The notes beneath the pieces are model-generated. The model ran no database searches, was not told the DNA's origin, and worked only from the letters and a program-made list of their open reading frames with translations. Positions 36,942-46,756 of a stretch of DNA of 64,000 bases are shown here, in pieces (the stretch's first letter is position 1; every line of letters begins with the position of its first letter). Location: contig LCGL01000003.1 in the NCBI GenBank assembly GCA_000999715.1, forward strand, positions 26,942 to 90,941. The letters run 5' to 3'. A program made the translations under genes and the position numbers. The stretch comes from Candidatus Falkowbacteria bacterium GW2011_GWF2_43_32. GTDB taxonomy: Bacteria; Patescibacteriota; Patescibacteriia; Patescibacteriales; UBA12465.

Positions 36942-37457
36942 TTAAATAATGGCCTGCAAAGTCTTCAAAGCGTCCGGTAAAAGAGGCAAAATAATTTTAA
37001 CGATGCGCAATAAAAACGGAGCAATGGCGGAGGCGGTCAATTGATCGCCGAAAAAATTGCCGATCAAGCTGTAACGGGAAATAACATAAATAATCAAACC
37101 TAAAATCAAAGCCCCTTCCAAAAATCCCAAAACCGCGCCCAACAGGTTATTGATGTATTTACTGCCCGGAATAACGGCGATAAATTTGAATAATTTTTCA
37201 ATCAGCACGAACAAAAATCGAGTCAAACGGGCGGCGACAACAAATAAAATAATGAAAGCGGCCACTTTGCCGGCATTGGCATGATCGCCGACCAAATGCT
37301 CTCCCCAAGCATACAAATTCAAATAAAAGTGACTGGCGACATAAGTGCCGACTATCAAGCCGACAAAATGCCCGAGAATTTTGATAATCCCTTTAAACAA
37401 GCCACTGACGGTAAAGCCGCCCAAAACAATCAATAAAACAAGGTCAAAGGTGGACAT
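36942..37457 (-). CDS. CvpA-family membrane protein
   Basis: D...SGLFKGII start, four TM segments, NNLLGAVLGFLEG. Confidence 0.85.
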   Translation of the reverse strand: MSTFDLVLLIVLGGFTVSGLFKGIIKILGHFVGLIVGTYVASHFYLNLYAWGEHLVGDHANAGKVAAFIILFVVAARLTRFLFVLIEKLFKFIAVIPGSKYINNLLGAVLGFLEGALILGLIIYVISRYSLIGNFFGDQLTASAIAPFLLRIVKIILPLLPDALKTLQAII

Positions 37458-37470
37458 ATATGTTGATAAA

Positions 37471-38913
37471 TTATAATCGCGGGAAAAGCGGTTGACCCTT
37501 CCGTACTTGAGCGGCCGAAAACTGGGCTTGAATCTGCCGGGCGGCTAAAGGCAAAAATGGTTCCAACAAACAGGCCAAATTAAGAATATTTTGAGCTAGA
37601 GGTTTGATAACTTTGGCGATATCCGCCCGGTCGCTCATCTTCCAAGGAGCGGTACGGCTCAAAGTTTCGTCACTATCTTTAATTTTTTCCCAAATGATTT
37701 GCAAAATATCGTTAAAACGATAATCCTTCATTTTGTCCGCGATATCGGCGACTACGGTTTTAATGCCGGCATCCGTCAAATCAACTTGCAAGTTTGTCGG
37801 AATCTCGTTCTTTTCCAACAGATTGGAAACGCGCGCCGTCAAATTTCCCAAGCCGTTGGCCAAATCGGCGTTGTAGCGCTCCCGAAATTTTTCTTCCGAA
37901 TAATCGCCATCCGCAAAGGTCGGTATTTCCGCCAAAAGATAATAACGAACCGCATCGGCGCCGTACTTATCGGCCAATTCATAAGGATCGATGGAATTAC
38001 CCAGGCTCTTGCTGATCTTCTGACCGTTGACGGTCAAAAAGCCGAAAACCAATACCTGCTGCGCCGTCGGTAAACCGGCGGACATCAGCATCGCCGGCCA
38101 CATGGCCGCTTGCGGCCGTAAATTGTCTTTACCGCAAACTTGCCGGCCCGGCCAATATTTTTGATAATTGCCGTCTTCTTCCGGCCAACCGAGAGTGGAA
38201 ATATAGTTTACCAGAGCGTCAAACCAGACATACATCACCTGACTGTCGTCGCCGGGAACGGCGACGCCGTGCGGCATTTTTTCTTTCAGTCGCGAAATGC
38301 TGAAATCTTCCAATCCGGAAGCGACAAAAGATTTGATTTCTTTCAAACGACTCGCCGGCACGACAAAATCCGGATAATCTTCATACAGCTTCAAAAGTTG
38401 CTTTTGATATTTGGAAAAACGAAAAAAGTAATTTTCTTCATCGATTATTTCCAGTTCCCGATTGGGATGCAAGGGGCAACGTCCGCCCGTCAATTCGGAA
38501 TCGGTTTTTTCCATTTCACAACCGACGCAATACTTTATTTTATACGCCTTTTTATAAATGTCCCCGCTCCGCTCGCAACGTCGCCAAAATTCCTGCGCCG
38601 CCTTTTTATGCTCGACAGCGGTGGTGCGAATGAATTTATTGTAAGAAAGATTCAATTTCTCTTTAAGCGGCAAAAATTTATCGGAATAAATATCGCAATA
38701 TTCTTGAATATCCATCCCCAACTCCTGCGCTTTCTGATAAATTTTTAAACCGTGTTCGTCCGTTCCGGTATTAAAAAATATTTCCCGGCCGTGTTGCGCT
38801 TGATAGCGGGCAATCACGTCGGCCTTAATGATTTCGGCCGCGAAACCGATATGCGGCTCGGAATTGATATAAGGCAAAGTGGTGGTGATGTAAAAATTTT
38901 TATTGGTTGACAT
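37471..38913 (-). CDS. metG: Methionine--tRNA ligase (short form)
   Basis: PYINSEPHIG, GTDEHG, YVWFDAL, KISKSLGN. Confidence 0.95.
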   Translation of the reverse strand: MSTNKNFYITTTLPYINSEPHIGFAAEIIKADVIARYQAQHGREIFFNTGTDEHGLKIYQKAQELGMDIQEYCDIYSDKFLPLKEKLNLSYNKFIRTTAVEHKKAAQEFWRRCERSGDIYKKAYKIKYCVGCEMEKTDSELTGGRCPLHPNRELEIIDEENYFFRFSKYQKQLLKLYEDYPDFVVPASRLKEIKSFVASGLEDFSISRLKEKMPHGVAVPGDDSQVMYVWFDALVNYISTLGWPEEDGNYQKYWPGRQVCGKDNLRPQAAMWPAMLMSAGLPTAQQVLVFGFLTVNGQKISKSLGNSIDPYELADKYGADAVRYYLLAEIPTFADGDYSEEKFRERYNADLANGLGNLTARVSNLLEKNEIPTNLQVDLTDAGIKTVVADIADKMKDYRFNDILQIIWEKIKDSDETLSRTAPWKMSDRADIAKVIKPLAQNILNLACLLEPFLPLAARQIQAQFSAAQVRKGQPLFPRL

Positions 38914-38946
38914 AATGTCCGTCGCGAGGAAACTATCCTCATTTTT

Positions 38947-39657
38947 TTATTTTTTAATTCTCAACTTTTGAATCAAAACCACAAATTCCCCTTTTAAACA
39001 GTTGGGGTCTTGCTGCAAATCCGCCAAAATTTCCGTCGGCGTACCCGTATAAAAACTTTCGTATAATTTAGTCAGTTCCCGCGCTACCATCACTTGCCGT
39101 TTTTCGCCCGATGTCTCGCTCATCTTGGCCAATTCTGCCAACAATTTAAGAATCCGATGTTTGGATTCGTATAAAATAACCGGATAATCGCTGGCCATGA
39201 TTTCTTTCAGCATCGTTTGCCGCCCCTTTTTATGCGGCAAAAATCCCAGAAATAAAAACCGATCAAAACCGGCGCCGGCGATGGAAACGGCGGCGCTCAA
39301 AGCCGACGCGCCCGGAATGCTGACGATTTTGACTTCATCGCCCAATTCCGCGCGCACCGCAGAAACCAACCTTCCTCCCGGATCGGAAATCCCCGGCGTA
39401 CCGGCATCGGTCACTAAAGCCAAGTTCTTGCCCGCTCGCAACAGTTCAATAATTTTATCGATCTTCAATTCGCCGGAATGCTGATGATAAGATATGGTCG
39501 GCGTCTTAATCTGATAATGATCCAACAATTTTTTAGTTACGCGAGTATCTTCGCAAAGAACGAAATCGGCTTCCTTCAAAATCCGTCCGGCGCGCCAACT
39601 GACGTCTTCCAGATTGCCGATCGGCGTAGCCACAATATTTAAAATTCCTGAAGTCAT
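38947..39657 (-). CDS. rsmI: 16S rRNA C1402 2'-O-methyltransferase
   Basis: VATPIGNLED, CEDTR, DAGTPGISDPG, RELTK, KGEFV. Confidence 0.95.
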   Translation of the reverse strand: MTSGILNIVATPIGNLEDVSWRAGRILKEADFVLCEDTRVTKKLLDHYQIKTPTISYHQHSGELKIDKIIELLRAGKNLALVTDAGTPGISDPGGRLVSAVRAELGDEVKIVSIPGASALSAAVSIAGAGFDRFLFLGFLPHKKGRQTMLKEIMASDYPVILYESKHRILKLLAELAKMSETSGEKRQVMVARELTKLYESFYTGTPTEILADLQQDPNCLKGEFVVLIQKLRIKK

Positions 39658-39673
39658 AAACGAAAGGCGGTGA

Positions 39674-41404
39674 TTAACCGTCTAAATTATCGCGTCTCTC
39701 CCGCACATAACGGGCCCAATCTTCCCCGATTTCCACCAAAACTTTAAAGGGGGCTTCAATGATGAAATCAAACAAAAAGATAAAAATATTGATTTTGGAA
39801 AATTCCCGAGACAACCAGCGACCGACCAGAATAATCGGCATATAAAACAAATCCAGCAAAAAGACCAGCAGATTTTCCTTGCGTTCCACGATGACCAATT
39901 CCTTGACTCCCCGGGTCGTGATTACGCTAAAGAAACTGACGAAAGCCAAGAAGAACAAAAAGATAATAATGCTCACCCAATTGAAATTGACTTTATCCAG
40001 GGCCCAAACGATGAAGTAAACGGAAACGCAGAAAGAGGCGACATAGACCAAATTAAAGATGCCGTTTTTAAACCAATTGCGCCGCGCCGGGCGACGCAAA
40101 ACAATCGGTTGTTTTTTCTCCTGTCCGGAAAAAGTAATTTCCTTCAAACCGTTGATGATTCTTTCCGTATTGTCTTTGTTCGGCTTGCGCGTCAAAGAAA
40201 CGATGAAAAACAACAAGACTGCCGGAAAAGCGATATTGATCAACAAAGAAATGGGATTCAAGGGTTCTCCGAACCATTTGATCGCCGGAATTTCAATCAA
40301 AATCACGAAAATGGATTTAGTCAAAAAAATGTAAATGATACTGCGCGTCGCCGCCCGCCAAAGCCGATTCTTGGCCGCTTGGTATTTCTGCTCGCAGACC
40401 TTGCGGACCGACGCGATGAAACCTTTTTCTCCTTTCTGCAATTCATTATAGGTCTTCGTCGGATTACCGGCGATCGTTTCCGCCAAAATGGAAGAACATA
40501 AAGAATACACCCGAACAATGCGATCCAATTGCTTGGTCAAGGGATGAGCCAATTGTTCATCTATCACATTTTTTAATTCCTCCAGACCGGCGGCGATTTT
40601 TTGAATCACGCCCCGCTCTTCTTCGGAGATCTTCCCCGCTTGGCCAATCTCCAGCCAATTCTTATTGTAATACTTGAACAAAACAAAACTTAACATCGCC
40701 GCATCAAATTTCAAAAAATTGCGATTGATGCTCAAATAAATTTGAATCTTCAAATCGGCTTCATAAGGCAGGTCGGCCGGCAATTTTATGTCTTTGGACA
40801 AGAAGGACAAAAGATTATTGACCAATACCCTTTTCACCGGATCCGGAGACAAATTTTCTTCAATCTCGCAAGCGGCCAAAGTCAACAACCAATGAACGAA
40901 TTTATTTTTGCTGTTGATCAAATCCTTGGCAGTATTGATGTCGGTTCTTAAATTCAAATCGGCGTTAATCTTGGCGACAAACTTTTCTTTCAATAAAATA
41001 TATTTCTCCAGCAAAGCGCCGATTTCTTGAATTTTACTTTCGGGAATTTTATTGTTCGGCAAATAACTGCCGCGAATCAGTTCTATCAACAATTGCTTGG
41101 CGAGAGTCAAGCCATCCGCTCCTTTAACCACGCCTTCGATCATAATCTGCCGACGCAAAATACGGTTGATGGCGTTTTTACGAAGCAGATGATCTTCCCC
41201 GTAATCTACGGCATTCCTGACTTTCTCATAAAAAAAAGACAACCGCGAAATCAAGGTTGACACTTTAAGGCGCGGAATATTGTCGTCATCCCGCTCTTCT
41301 TTATTTTGTTCGCTATAGATTATCCGAAACAGCCTTTTCGCGTCCTCATTAATTTCCACCGCCCGCTCTTCTTCGGTTCGTTTTATTAAATTCGGACTAA
41401 CCAT
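39674..41404 (-). CDS. Hypothetical polytopic membrane protein
   Basis: 576 aa, helical N-terminal domain (YEKVRNAVDY..HLLRK) plus several C-terminal TM segments. Confidence 0.75.
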   Translation of the reverse strand: MVSPNLIKRTEEERAVEINEDAKRLFRIIYSEQNKEERDDDNIPRLKVSTLISRLSFFYEKVRNAVDYGEDHLLRKNAINRILRRQIMIEGVVKGADGLTLAKQLLIELIRGSYLPNNKIPESKIQEIGALLEKYILLKEKFVAKINADLNLRTDINTAKDLINSKNKFVHWLLTLAACEIEENLSPDPVKRVLVNNLLSFLSKDIKLPADLPYEADLKIQIYLSINRNFLKFDAAMLSFVLFKYYNKNWLEIGQAGKISEEERGVIQKIAAGLEELKNVIDEQLAHPLTKQLDRIVRVYSLCSSILAETIAGNPTKTYNELQKGEKGFIASVRKVCEQKYQAAKNRLWRAATRSIIYIFLTKSIFVILIEIPAIKWFGEPLNPISLLINIAFPAVLLFFIVSLTRKPNKDNTERIINGLKEITFSGQEKKQPIVLRRPARRNWFKNGIFNLVYVASFCVSVYFIVWALDKVNFNWVSIIIFLFFLAFVSFFSVITTRGVKELVIVERKENLLVFLLDLFYMPIILVGRWLSREFSKINIFIFLFDFIIEAPFKVLVEIGEDWARYVRERRDNLDG

Positions 41405-41531
41405 ATAAAAAAATAAAACTAATTTTAGCTCATTATTATTGTATAATGTCTGATTTTAAAAAGCAACCCCATAAATACTAAGAATTATTATTAATACACC
41501 AGCATATCCCAATTTTGTCAATAGCTAATAT

Positions 41532-41560
41532 TTGACATTCGGCCGATAATTTTATATCAT
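41532..41560 (+). promoter_or_regulatory. sigma70 promoter of secE-nusG-rplK-rplA
   Basis: TTGACA-17-TATCAT. Confidence 0.7.
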
Positions 41561-41611
41561 TTTATCAGATAAAAAAGTGGCCTGGAAGGCTATTTTTAAA
41601 TACCTATTTTT

Positions 41612-41800
41612 ATGAACAAACTTACGAATTACATCCGAGAATCGGCCGCCGAAATGAAGAAGGTCACTTGGCCGACCAAAAAAGAAACTTATAATTATAC
41701 CCTGCTCGTCATCGGCATCAGTCTGGCCGTCGCGGTTTTTCTCGGCCTGTTGGATTATATTTTCTCCACCGGTCTGCAATTCATCGTCATTAATAAATAA
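41612..41800 (+). CDS. secE: Preprotein translocase SecE
   Basis: EMKKVTWP plus one TM segment; upstream of nusG. Confidence 0.95.
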   Translation: MNKLTNYIRESAAEMKKVTWPTKKETYNYTLLVIGISLAVAVFLGLLDYIFSTGLQFIVINK

Positions 41801-41832
41801 TAAATTTATAATTCGTTCTTAACGCTAAAGAT

Positions 41833-42378
41833 ATGGCCAAACAACTTTTAAACCAGGGCCGACGTTGGTATGTCATTCATACTTATTCCGGTTACGAAGA
41901 AAACGTCACCGAAAATTTGAAACAAAGAGTGGAGTCCTTGGACATGGAAGACAAAATTTTTAACATTCTGATTCCGACCGAGAAAAAAATTAAAATCAAA
42001 AACGGCAAACGCAAAGTGGTGGAAGAAAAAATCTTTCCCGGCTATATTTTGGTCGAAATGGAAGTGACCGACGAATCCTGGTATATCGTCAGAAATACGC
42101 CCAACGTCACCGGCTTTATCGGCACCGGCACGATTCCGACGCCGATCGGAGAAGAAGAAGTCAAGTCATTGCAGAAAAGAATGGGCGTGGAAGATCCCAA
42201 ATTCCAGATTGACGTCGTTGTCGGCACGCCGGTACGCATTAACGAGGGTCCGTTCAAAAATATGGAAGGCAAAGTGACCGCCGTCGACGAGGCCAAAGGT
42301 AAAATCAAAGTGTCGGTATCCATGTTCGGTCGGGAGACGCCGGTAGAATTGGATTTTTTACAAATTAAAAAAATATAA
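41833..42378 (+). CDS. nusG: Transcription factor NusG
   Basis: WYVIHTYSGYE, FPGYILV, MFGRETPVEL. Confidence 0.97.
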   Translation: MAKQLLNQGRRWYVIHTYSGYEENVTENLKQRVESLDMEDKIFNILIPTEKKIKIKNGKRKVVEEKIFPGYILVEMEVTDESWYIVRNTPNVTGFIGTGTIPTPIGEEEVKSLQKRMGVEDPKFQIDVVVGTPVRINEGPFKNMEGKVTAVDEAKGKIKVSVSMFGRETPVELDFLQIKKI

Positions 42379-42425
42379 ATAATGATTAGAGGTCGATGCT
42401 TCTGCGATCTTCAAACCAAATTAAT

Positions 42426-42848
42426 ATGGCTAAAAAAATAAAAACTAAAATAAAATTGCAAATCGCCGGCGGCCAAGCCAATCCGGCGCCTCCCGTCGGT
42501 CCGGCCTTAGGGCAACACGGTCTGAACATCGCTGAATTTTGCAAACAATTTAACGACAAAACCAAGGATAAAATGGGCGATATCATCCCGGTGGAAATTA
42601 CCGTCTATGAGGACCGCAGTTACGATTTTATCTTGAAGACTCCGCCGGCGGCCGAACTGATCAAAAAGGCGGCCAATATCAAAAAGGGCTCCGGAAAACC
42701 TTTGACCGAAAAAGTCGGCGAAATTACGCAAGCCCAATTGGAGGAAATCGCCAAGACAAAAATGCCGGATTTGAACGCCAATAGTTTAGAGGCGGCCAAA
42801 AAAATCATTGCCGGTACGGCGCGACAAATGGGCGTACAAATTAAATAA
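42426..42848 (+). CDS. rplK: 50S ribosomal protein L11
   Basis: [20 protein letters not shown]. Confidence 0.97.
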   Translation: MAKKIKTKIKLQIAGGQANPAPPVGPALGQHGLNIAEFCKQFNDKTKDKMGDIIPVEITVYEDRSYDFILKTPPAAELIKKAANIKKGSGKPLTEKVGEITQAQLEEIAKTKMPDLNANSLEAAKKIIAGTARQMGVQIK

Positions 42849-42857
42849 ATTAATTTT

Positions 42858-42899
42858 GTGGGAGTTCTCTTCCTTCGGGAGCCGAGAACGTTTGACCAC
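42858..42899 (+). promoter_or_regulatory. L1-binding autoregulatory RNA between rplK and rplA
   Basis: GTGGGAG...GACCAC closing stem with inner GTTCTC/GAGAAC stem and TTCG-capped hairpin; fits the L1 target architecture. Confidence 0.7.
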
Positions 42900-42909
42900 G
42901 ACCAATCTT

Positions 42910-43665
42910 ATGACTAAAGAAAAAAAAGACCAAGCCGAGAAAGTTGCGGTGAAAAAGACCGCCAAAAAATCCCTTAAACCCGCGGTTAAAATCGCCAAAA
43001 AAATTGATTACACGGCCATTTACGATCAGGCTAAAACCTATCCGATCGAAGAAGCGCTGGCCATCGTCAAAAAATTGACCAAAACTAAATTTGACGCGAC
43101 CGTGGAAATACATTTTAACCTGGGCATTAACACGAAAAAAGGCGAACAACAAGTACGCGGCGCGGTGAGCTTGCCGCATGGTACGGGAAAAACCGTCAAA
43201 GTGGCGGCCTTTGTTTCGCCGGAAAATGAAAAGGCCGTTAAAGCGGCCGGGGCCGATTTTGTCGGCGGCGAAGAATTAATCGCGGAAATCAAAAAAACGG
43301 AAAAAACCGATTTTCAAGTGGCGATTGCCGAACCGGCGCTGATGAAAAACTTGGCCCTGATCGCCAAAATTTTAGGAACGCGCGGCTTAATGCCTTCTCC
43401 GAAAAACGATACCGTTACCGCCAACCCAGCCAAAACCGTGGAAGAATTGAAAAAAGGCAAAATCAGTTTTAAAAACGACGATACCGGCAATGTCCATACC
43501 GTCATCGGCAAAATCAGTTTTGACGCCGACAAATTGGTCGCCAACTTCCAAGCGCTGTTGGAAATCGTCAAAAAAGCCAAACCGTCTTCTTCCAAGGGAA
43601 CCTTCTTGAAAAGTGTCAGTATCTGCTCGTCCATGAGCCCGGGAGTGAAAATTTCCGTCTCTTAA
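42910..43665 (+). CDS. rplA: 50S ribosomal protein L1
   Basis: KFDATVE, LPHGTGK, LGTRGLMPSPK. Confidence 0.96.
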   Translation: MTKEKKDQAEKVAVKKTAKKSLKPAVKIAKKIDYTAIYDQAKTYPIEEALAIVKKLTKTKFDATVEIHFNLGINTKKGEQQVRGAVSLPHGTGKTVKVAAFVSPENEKAVKAAGADFVGGEELIAEIKKTEKTDFQVAIAEPALMKNLALIAKILGTRGLMPSPKNDTVTANPAKTVEELKKGKISFKNDDTGNVHTVIGKISFDADKLVANFQALLEIVKKAKPSSSKGTFLKSVSICSSMSPGVKISVS

Positions 43666-43695
43666 AACACCGCCCTAACCGCCTTAAACCCATTA

Positions 43696-43724
43696 TTGAC
43701 TTATAAACGGCGGTAATATATAAT
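43696..43724 (+). promoter_or_regulatory. sigma70 promoter of RRM gene
   Basis: TTGACT-17-TATAAT. Confidence 0.7.
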
Positions 43725-43836
43725 CCATTCAGGTAAGCATTTAAAGAAGGCGGACCAACCGCCTTTTTTAACAAAAGGTCGTCTTACGATTTAATAAAAA
43801 AGAAGCGGGCAACCGCTTCTAAGGCAAGCAAACAAG

Positions 43837-44094
43837 ATGAAAAAATTATTTGTCGGCGGCTTGAATTTCAAGACGACCGAAGAAATCTTGGCGGAAGCGT
43901 TCGCCAAGGCCGGTAAAGTTATCTCCGCCGTGGTTATCTCCGACCGGATGACTAACCGCTCCAAAGGCTTCGGCTTTGTGGAGATGGAAAATGACGATGA
44001 AGCGGAAGCGGCTATCGCCATGTACAACGAACAGGAATTGGACGGACGCAAAGTGGTCGTAAACGAAGCACGTCCCCTGGAAAAAAGATTTTAA
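43837..44094 (+). CDS. RRM RNA-binding protein
   Basis: RNP2 LFVGGL, RNP1 KGFGFVEM, VVNEARP. Confidence 0.95.
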   Translation: MKKLFVGGLNFKTTEEILAEAFAKAGKVISAVVISDRMTNRSKGFGFVEMENDDEAEAAIAMYNEQELDGRKVVVNEARPLEKRF

Positions 44095-44122
44095 TCAAAA
44101 TTTAGAATCACACAGATAATCC

Positions 44123-44148
44123 AAAAAACACCCTAACGGGTGTTTTTT
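44123..44148. terminator. Bidirectional terminator
   Basis: AAAAAACACCC-TAAC-GGGTGTTTTTT. Confidence 0.85.
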
Positions 44149-44190
44149 ATTTTCACGATAATTAACGAAACGAAATTGACGCGATCGATT

Positions 44191-44658
44191 CTATTTTTTA
44201 AGTCGGGCCGACTTTTTGCCGGTCGATTTTTTTCCGATTGATTTTTTCTCGATTGATTTTTCACCGGTCGATTTTTTTTCGGTCGCTTGCCTGTTTTCGT
44301 AATCTTCAATCGCTTTCTTCAATCCTTGGACGGCCATAACCGAACAATGAACTTTCTGTTGCGGCAAACCGCCCAATTCGCCGACGATTTTTTGCCAATT
44401 ATATTTTTTGGCCTGAACAATGGTCATCCCTTTGACTTTTTCCGTCAGTACGGAAGCGGTGGCGATATTGGAAGCGCAACCGAAAGACAAAAATTTGACC
44501 TCCTTGATTTTTCCCTGCTCCACTTTCAAAAAGAAATCCAATTGATCGCCGCAAACCATATTGCCGATTTGAGCGTACCCGTCCGGTTTTTTGATGGAAC
44601 CGATATTCTTCGGTTTTAGAAAATTATCAATGGTCTTCTTCGTATAATTAAGTGACAT
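44191..44658 (-). CDS. iscU: IscU/NifU-like Fe-S scaffold with basic repeat tail
   Basis: GNMVCGD, FGCAS, KVHCS; adjacent to cysteine desulfurase. Confidence 0.88.
   Translation of the reverse strand: MSLNYTKKTIDNFLKPKNIGSIKKPDGYAQIGNMVCGDQLDFFLKVEQGKIKEVKFLSFGCASNIATASVLTEKVKGMTIVQAKKYNWQKIVGELGGLPQQKVHCSVMAVQGLKKAIEDYENRQATEKKSTGEKSIEKKSIGKKSTGKKSARLKK
44210..44285 (-). repeat. About 5 x 15-bp tandem repeat encoding (E/G)(K/E)KS(T/I) pentapeptides
   Basis: EKKST GEKSI EKKSI GKKST GKKSA. Confidence 0.8.
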
Positions 44659-44680
44659 ATATTTGAAATTAAATTATTTT

Positions 44681-45835
44681 TTATTTGATGGGACTGAAAC
44701 TGCGCAATCTTTTAACCGTATTGCGAAGATGATTAACCGTATAATCAATTTCCGCTTTGGTGTTGAAGCGTCCGAGCGAAAATCTGATATTGCTGTTCAA
44801 GAAATGATCCTTCAAGCCGATTGATCGCAGAACATAAGACGATTTCAAATCGGCGGCCGAACAAGCCGAGCCGGTGGAAACGCAAACTCCCTTGGAAGAA
44901 AGATCGATCAGAATCGCTTCCCCCTCCACATAACCGAACATCACGTTGAGATTGGCGGGCGAGCGCCGCGTCAAACTGCCGTTTACTCGCACTTCCGGCA
45001 CCTCTTTTTGAATCTTCTTCCACAGATAATCCCGCAAGCTTCTCACCTTTTTCAAATAAACTCCTCTCTCCCGATAAGCCAACTCCAGGGCCGCGGCCAA
45101 GCCGACGATGCCGGGCAAATTATAGGTTCCGGAACGATAACCGTCCTCCTGTCCGCCGCCGGCCAATAAAGGCCGGATCTTTATCTTACGATTGATATAG
45201 GCCAGACCGACGCCTTTCGGCCCATAAAACTTGTGCGCCGACAAACTCAGAAAATCAATAGCCATTTTTTGAATATCCAAATTTAAGTACGGAACGGCCT
45301 GCACGGCATCGGTGTGGAAATAAGCGCCATGACGATGAGCAATCGCGGCCAAAGCGGCAATGTCCTGGACGGTACCGATTTCGTTGTTAACGGCCATCAC
45401 GGAGACCAAAATCGTTTTTTTATCCAACAGCTTCTCCAGGGCCGCCGGCTCGACAATTCCCTCCTGATTGACCGGCACAATTTCCACTTTAAAGCCTTCA
45501 TGTTTCAATTCATCGGCCGCCTCGCGCACGCAAGGGTGTTCAATGGCGGAGATAATAATCTTATTTCTGGCGGTATCGCGATTGGCCCGCGCCACTCCTT
45601 TGATGATAAAATTATTGGACTCGGTCGCCCCGGAAGTGAAGATAACGTTATCCGGTTCTCCATGCAAAATTTTCGCCACCGTTTTTTTGGCCTGACGCAA
45701 ATCCAAAAAAGCCTGCTGTCCCGGAAAATAAATAGCCGAAGCATTGGCATATTTATCGGTTAAATATGGTTTCATTTTCGCCAAAACACGCGGGTCCAAA
45801 CGTGTGGTGGCCGCATTATCCAAATAAACTTTCAT
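44681..45835 (-). CDS. iscS: Cysteine desulfurase
   Basis: YLDNAATT, HTDAVQ, SAHKFYGPKG, STGSACS. Confidence 0.93.
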   Translation of the reverse strand: MKVYLDNAATTRLDPRVLAKMKPYLTDKYANASAIYFPGQQAFLDLRQAKKTVAKILHGEPDNVIFTSGATESNNFIIKGVARANRDTARNKIIISAIEHPCVREAADELKHEGFKVEIVPVNQEGIVEPAALEKLLDKKTILVSVMAVNNEIGTVQDIAALAAIAHRHGAYFHTDAVQAVPYLNLDIQKMAIDFLSLSAHKFYGPKGVGLAYINRKIKIRPLLAGGGQEDGYRSGTYNLPGIVGLAAALELAYRERGVYLKKVRSLRDYLWKKIQKEVPEVRVNGSLTRRSPANLNVMFGYVEGEAILIDLSSKGVCVSTGSACSAADLKSSYVLRSIGLKDHFLNSNIRFSLGRFNTKAEIDYTVNHLRNTVKRLRSFSPIK

Positions 45836-45978
45836 ATGATAATTAAGCTTAAATTTTAATAGAATTTTAAGTATAGCAAGTTTGCCATACTCTGTCCATT
45901 ATAGCCGTTTCGCCAATAATTTTCAAACAAAAAACCGGAAACGATTCGCTCGGATCCGGTTTCTCGACTTAACGATTA

Positions 45979-46731
45979 TTATTTCTGCAAAGTAATGCTC
46001 TTGATAACCACTGCGGTCAACGGCCGATCGTTGACGCCGGTCTCGACCGCTTCAATCTTTTTGACTACATCCAGGCCAGCCGTGACTTGACCGAAATTAG
46101 TGTGTTTGCCGTCCAACCAAGGAGTTTCGGCGGCGGTCACGATGAAAAATTGCGAACCGTTCGTTCCCGGACCGGCATTGGCCATGGCCAAAGAACCGGC
46201 GACTAATTTATGGGAATTGAATTCATCCGCAAACTGATAGCCCGGACCGCCCGTTCCCCAAACGGCGCTATTATCCTCCTTGCTTAAAGGATCGCCTCCC
46301 TGAATCATAAAATTTTTGATGACCCGGTGAAACTTCACCTCGTCATAGAAGCCGGCTTGCGCCAGATTCAAAAAATTATTGACGGTCACCGGCGCTTCGG
46401 CATTATAGAATTTTACCGTGATGTCGCCGTAATTGGTTTTTAAAACCGCTTGCGAATACTGTTTGGTCAAATCCGTTTGCTCGGAAGGATTTTTCATAAT
46501 TTTATCGTTAATTTTATTATCTTGATTATCAAGGGAAACAATCTCCGTAATCGTCTCCGCCGGCTCCTCCGAAACCGCTTCCGGAACCAAACCTGCCGGC
46601 GCCTCCGAATATCCGTCATTGACGACGTCGGGAACATTACCCGTTTCGATCGGATCGGCTTTTTCCAAAGAACAAGCCGAAATCCCGACCACCGCAACCA
46701 AAATCACTAAAGTAAACAAAAATCTTCTCAT
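45979..46731 (-). CDS. Cyclophilin-type PPIase, lipoprotein-like
   Basis: ISA-C lipobox; [28 protein letters not shown]. Confidence 0.92.
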   Translation of the reverse strand: MRRFLFTLVILVAVVGISACSLEKADPIETGNVPDVVNDGYSEAPAGLVPEAVSEEPAETITEIVSLDNQDNKINDKIMKNPSEQTDLTKQYSQAVLKTNYGDITVKFYNAEAPVTVNNFLNLAQAGFYDEVKFHRVIKNFMIQGGDPLSKEDNSAVWGTGGPGYQFADEFNSHKLVAGSLAMANAGPGTNGSQFFIVTAAETPWLDGKHTNFGQVTAGLDVVKKIEAVETGVNDRPLTAVVIKSITLQK

Positions 46732-46756
46732 ATTTTTTTGTTGATTATTTTTTAAT

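Noticed and set aside
41405..41611. tRNA upstream of secE
   Set aside because: No cloverleaf or T-loop motif; only promoters and a short hairpin.
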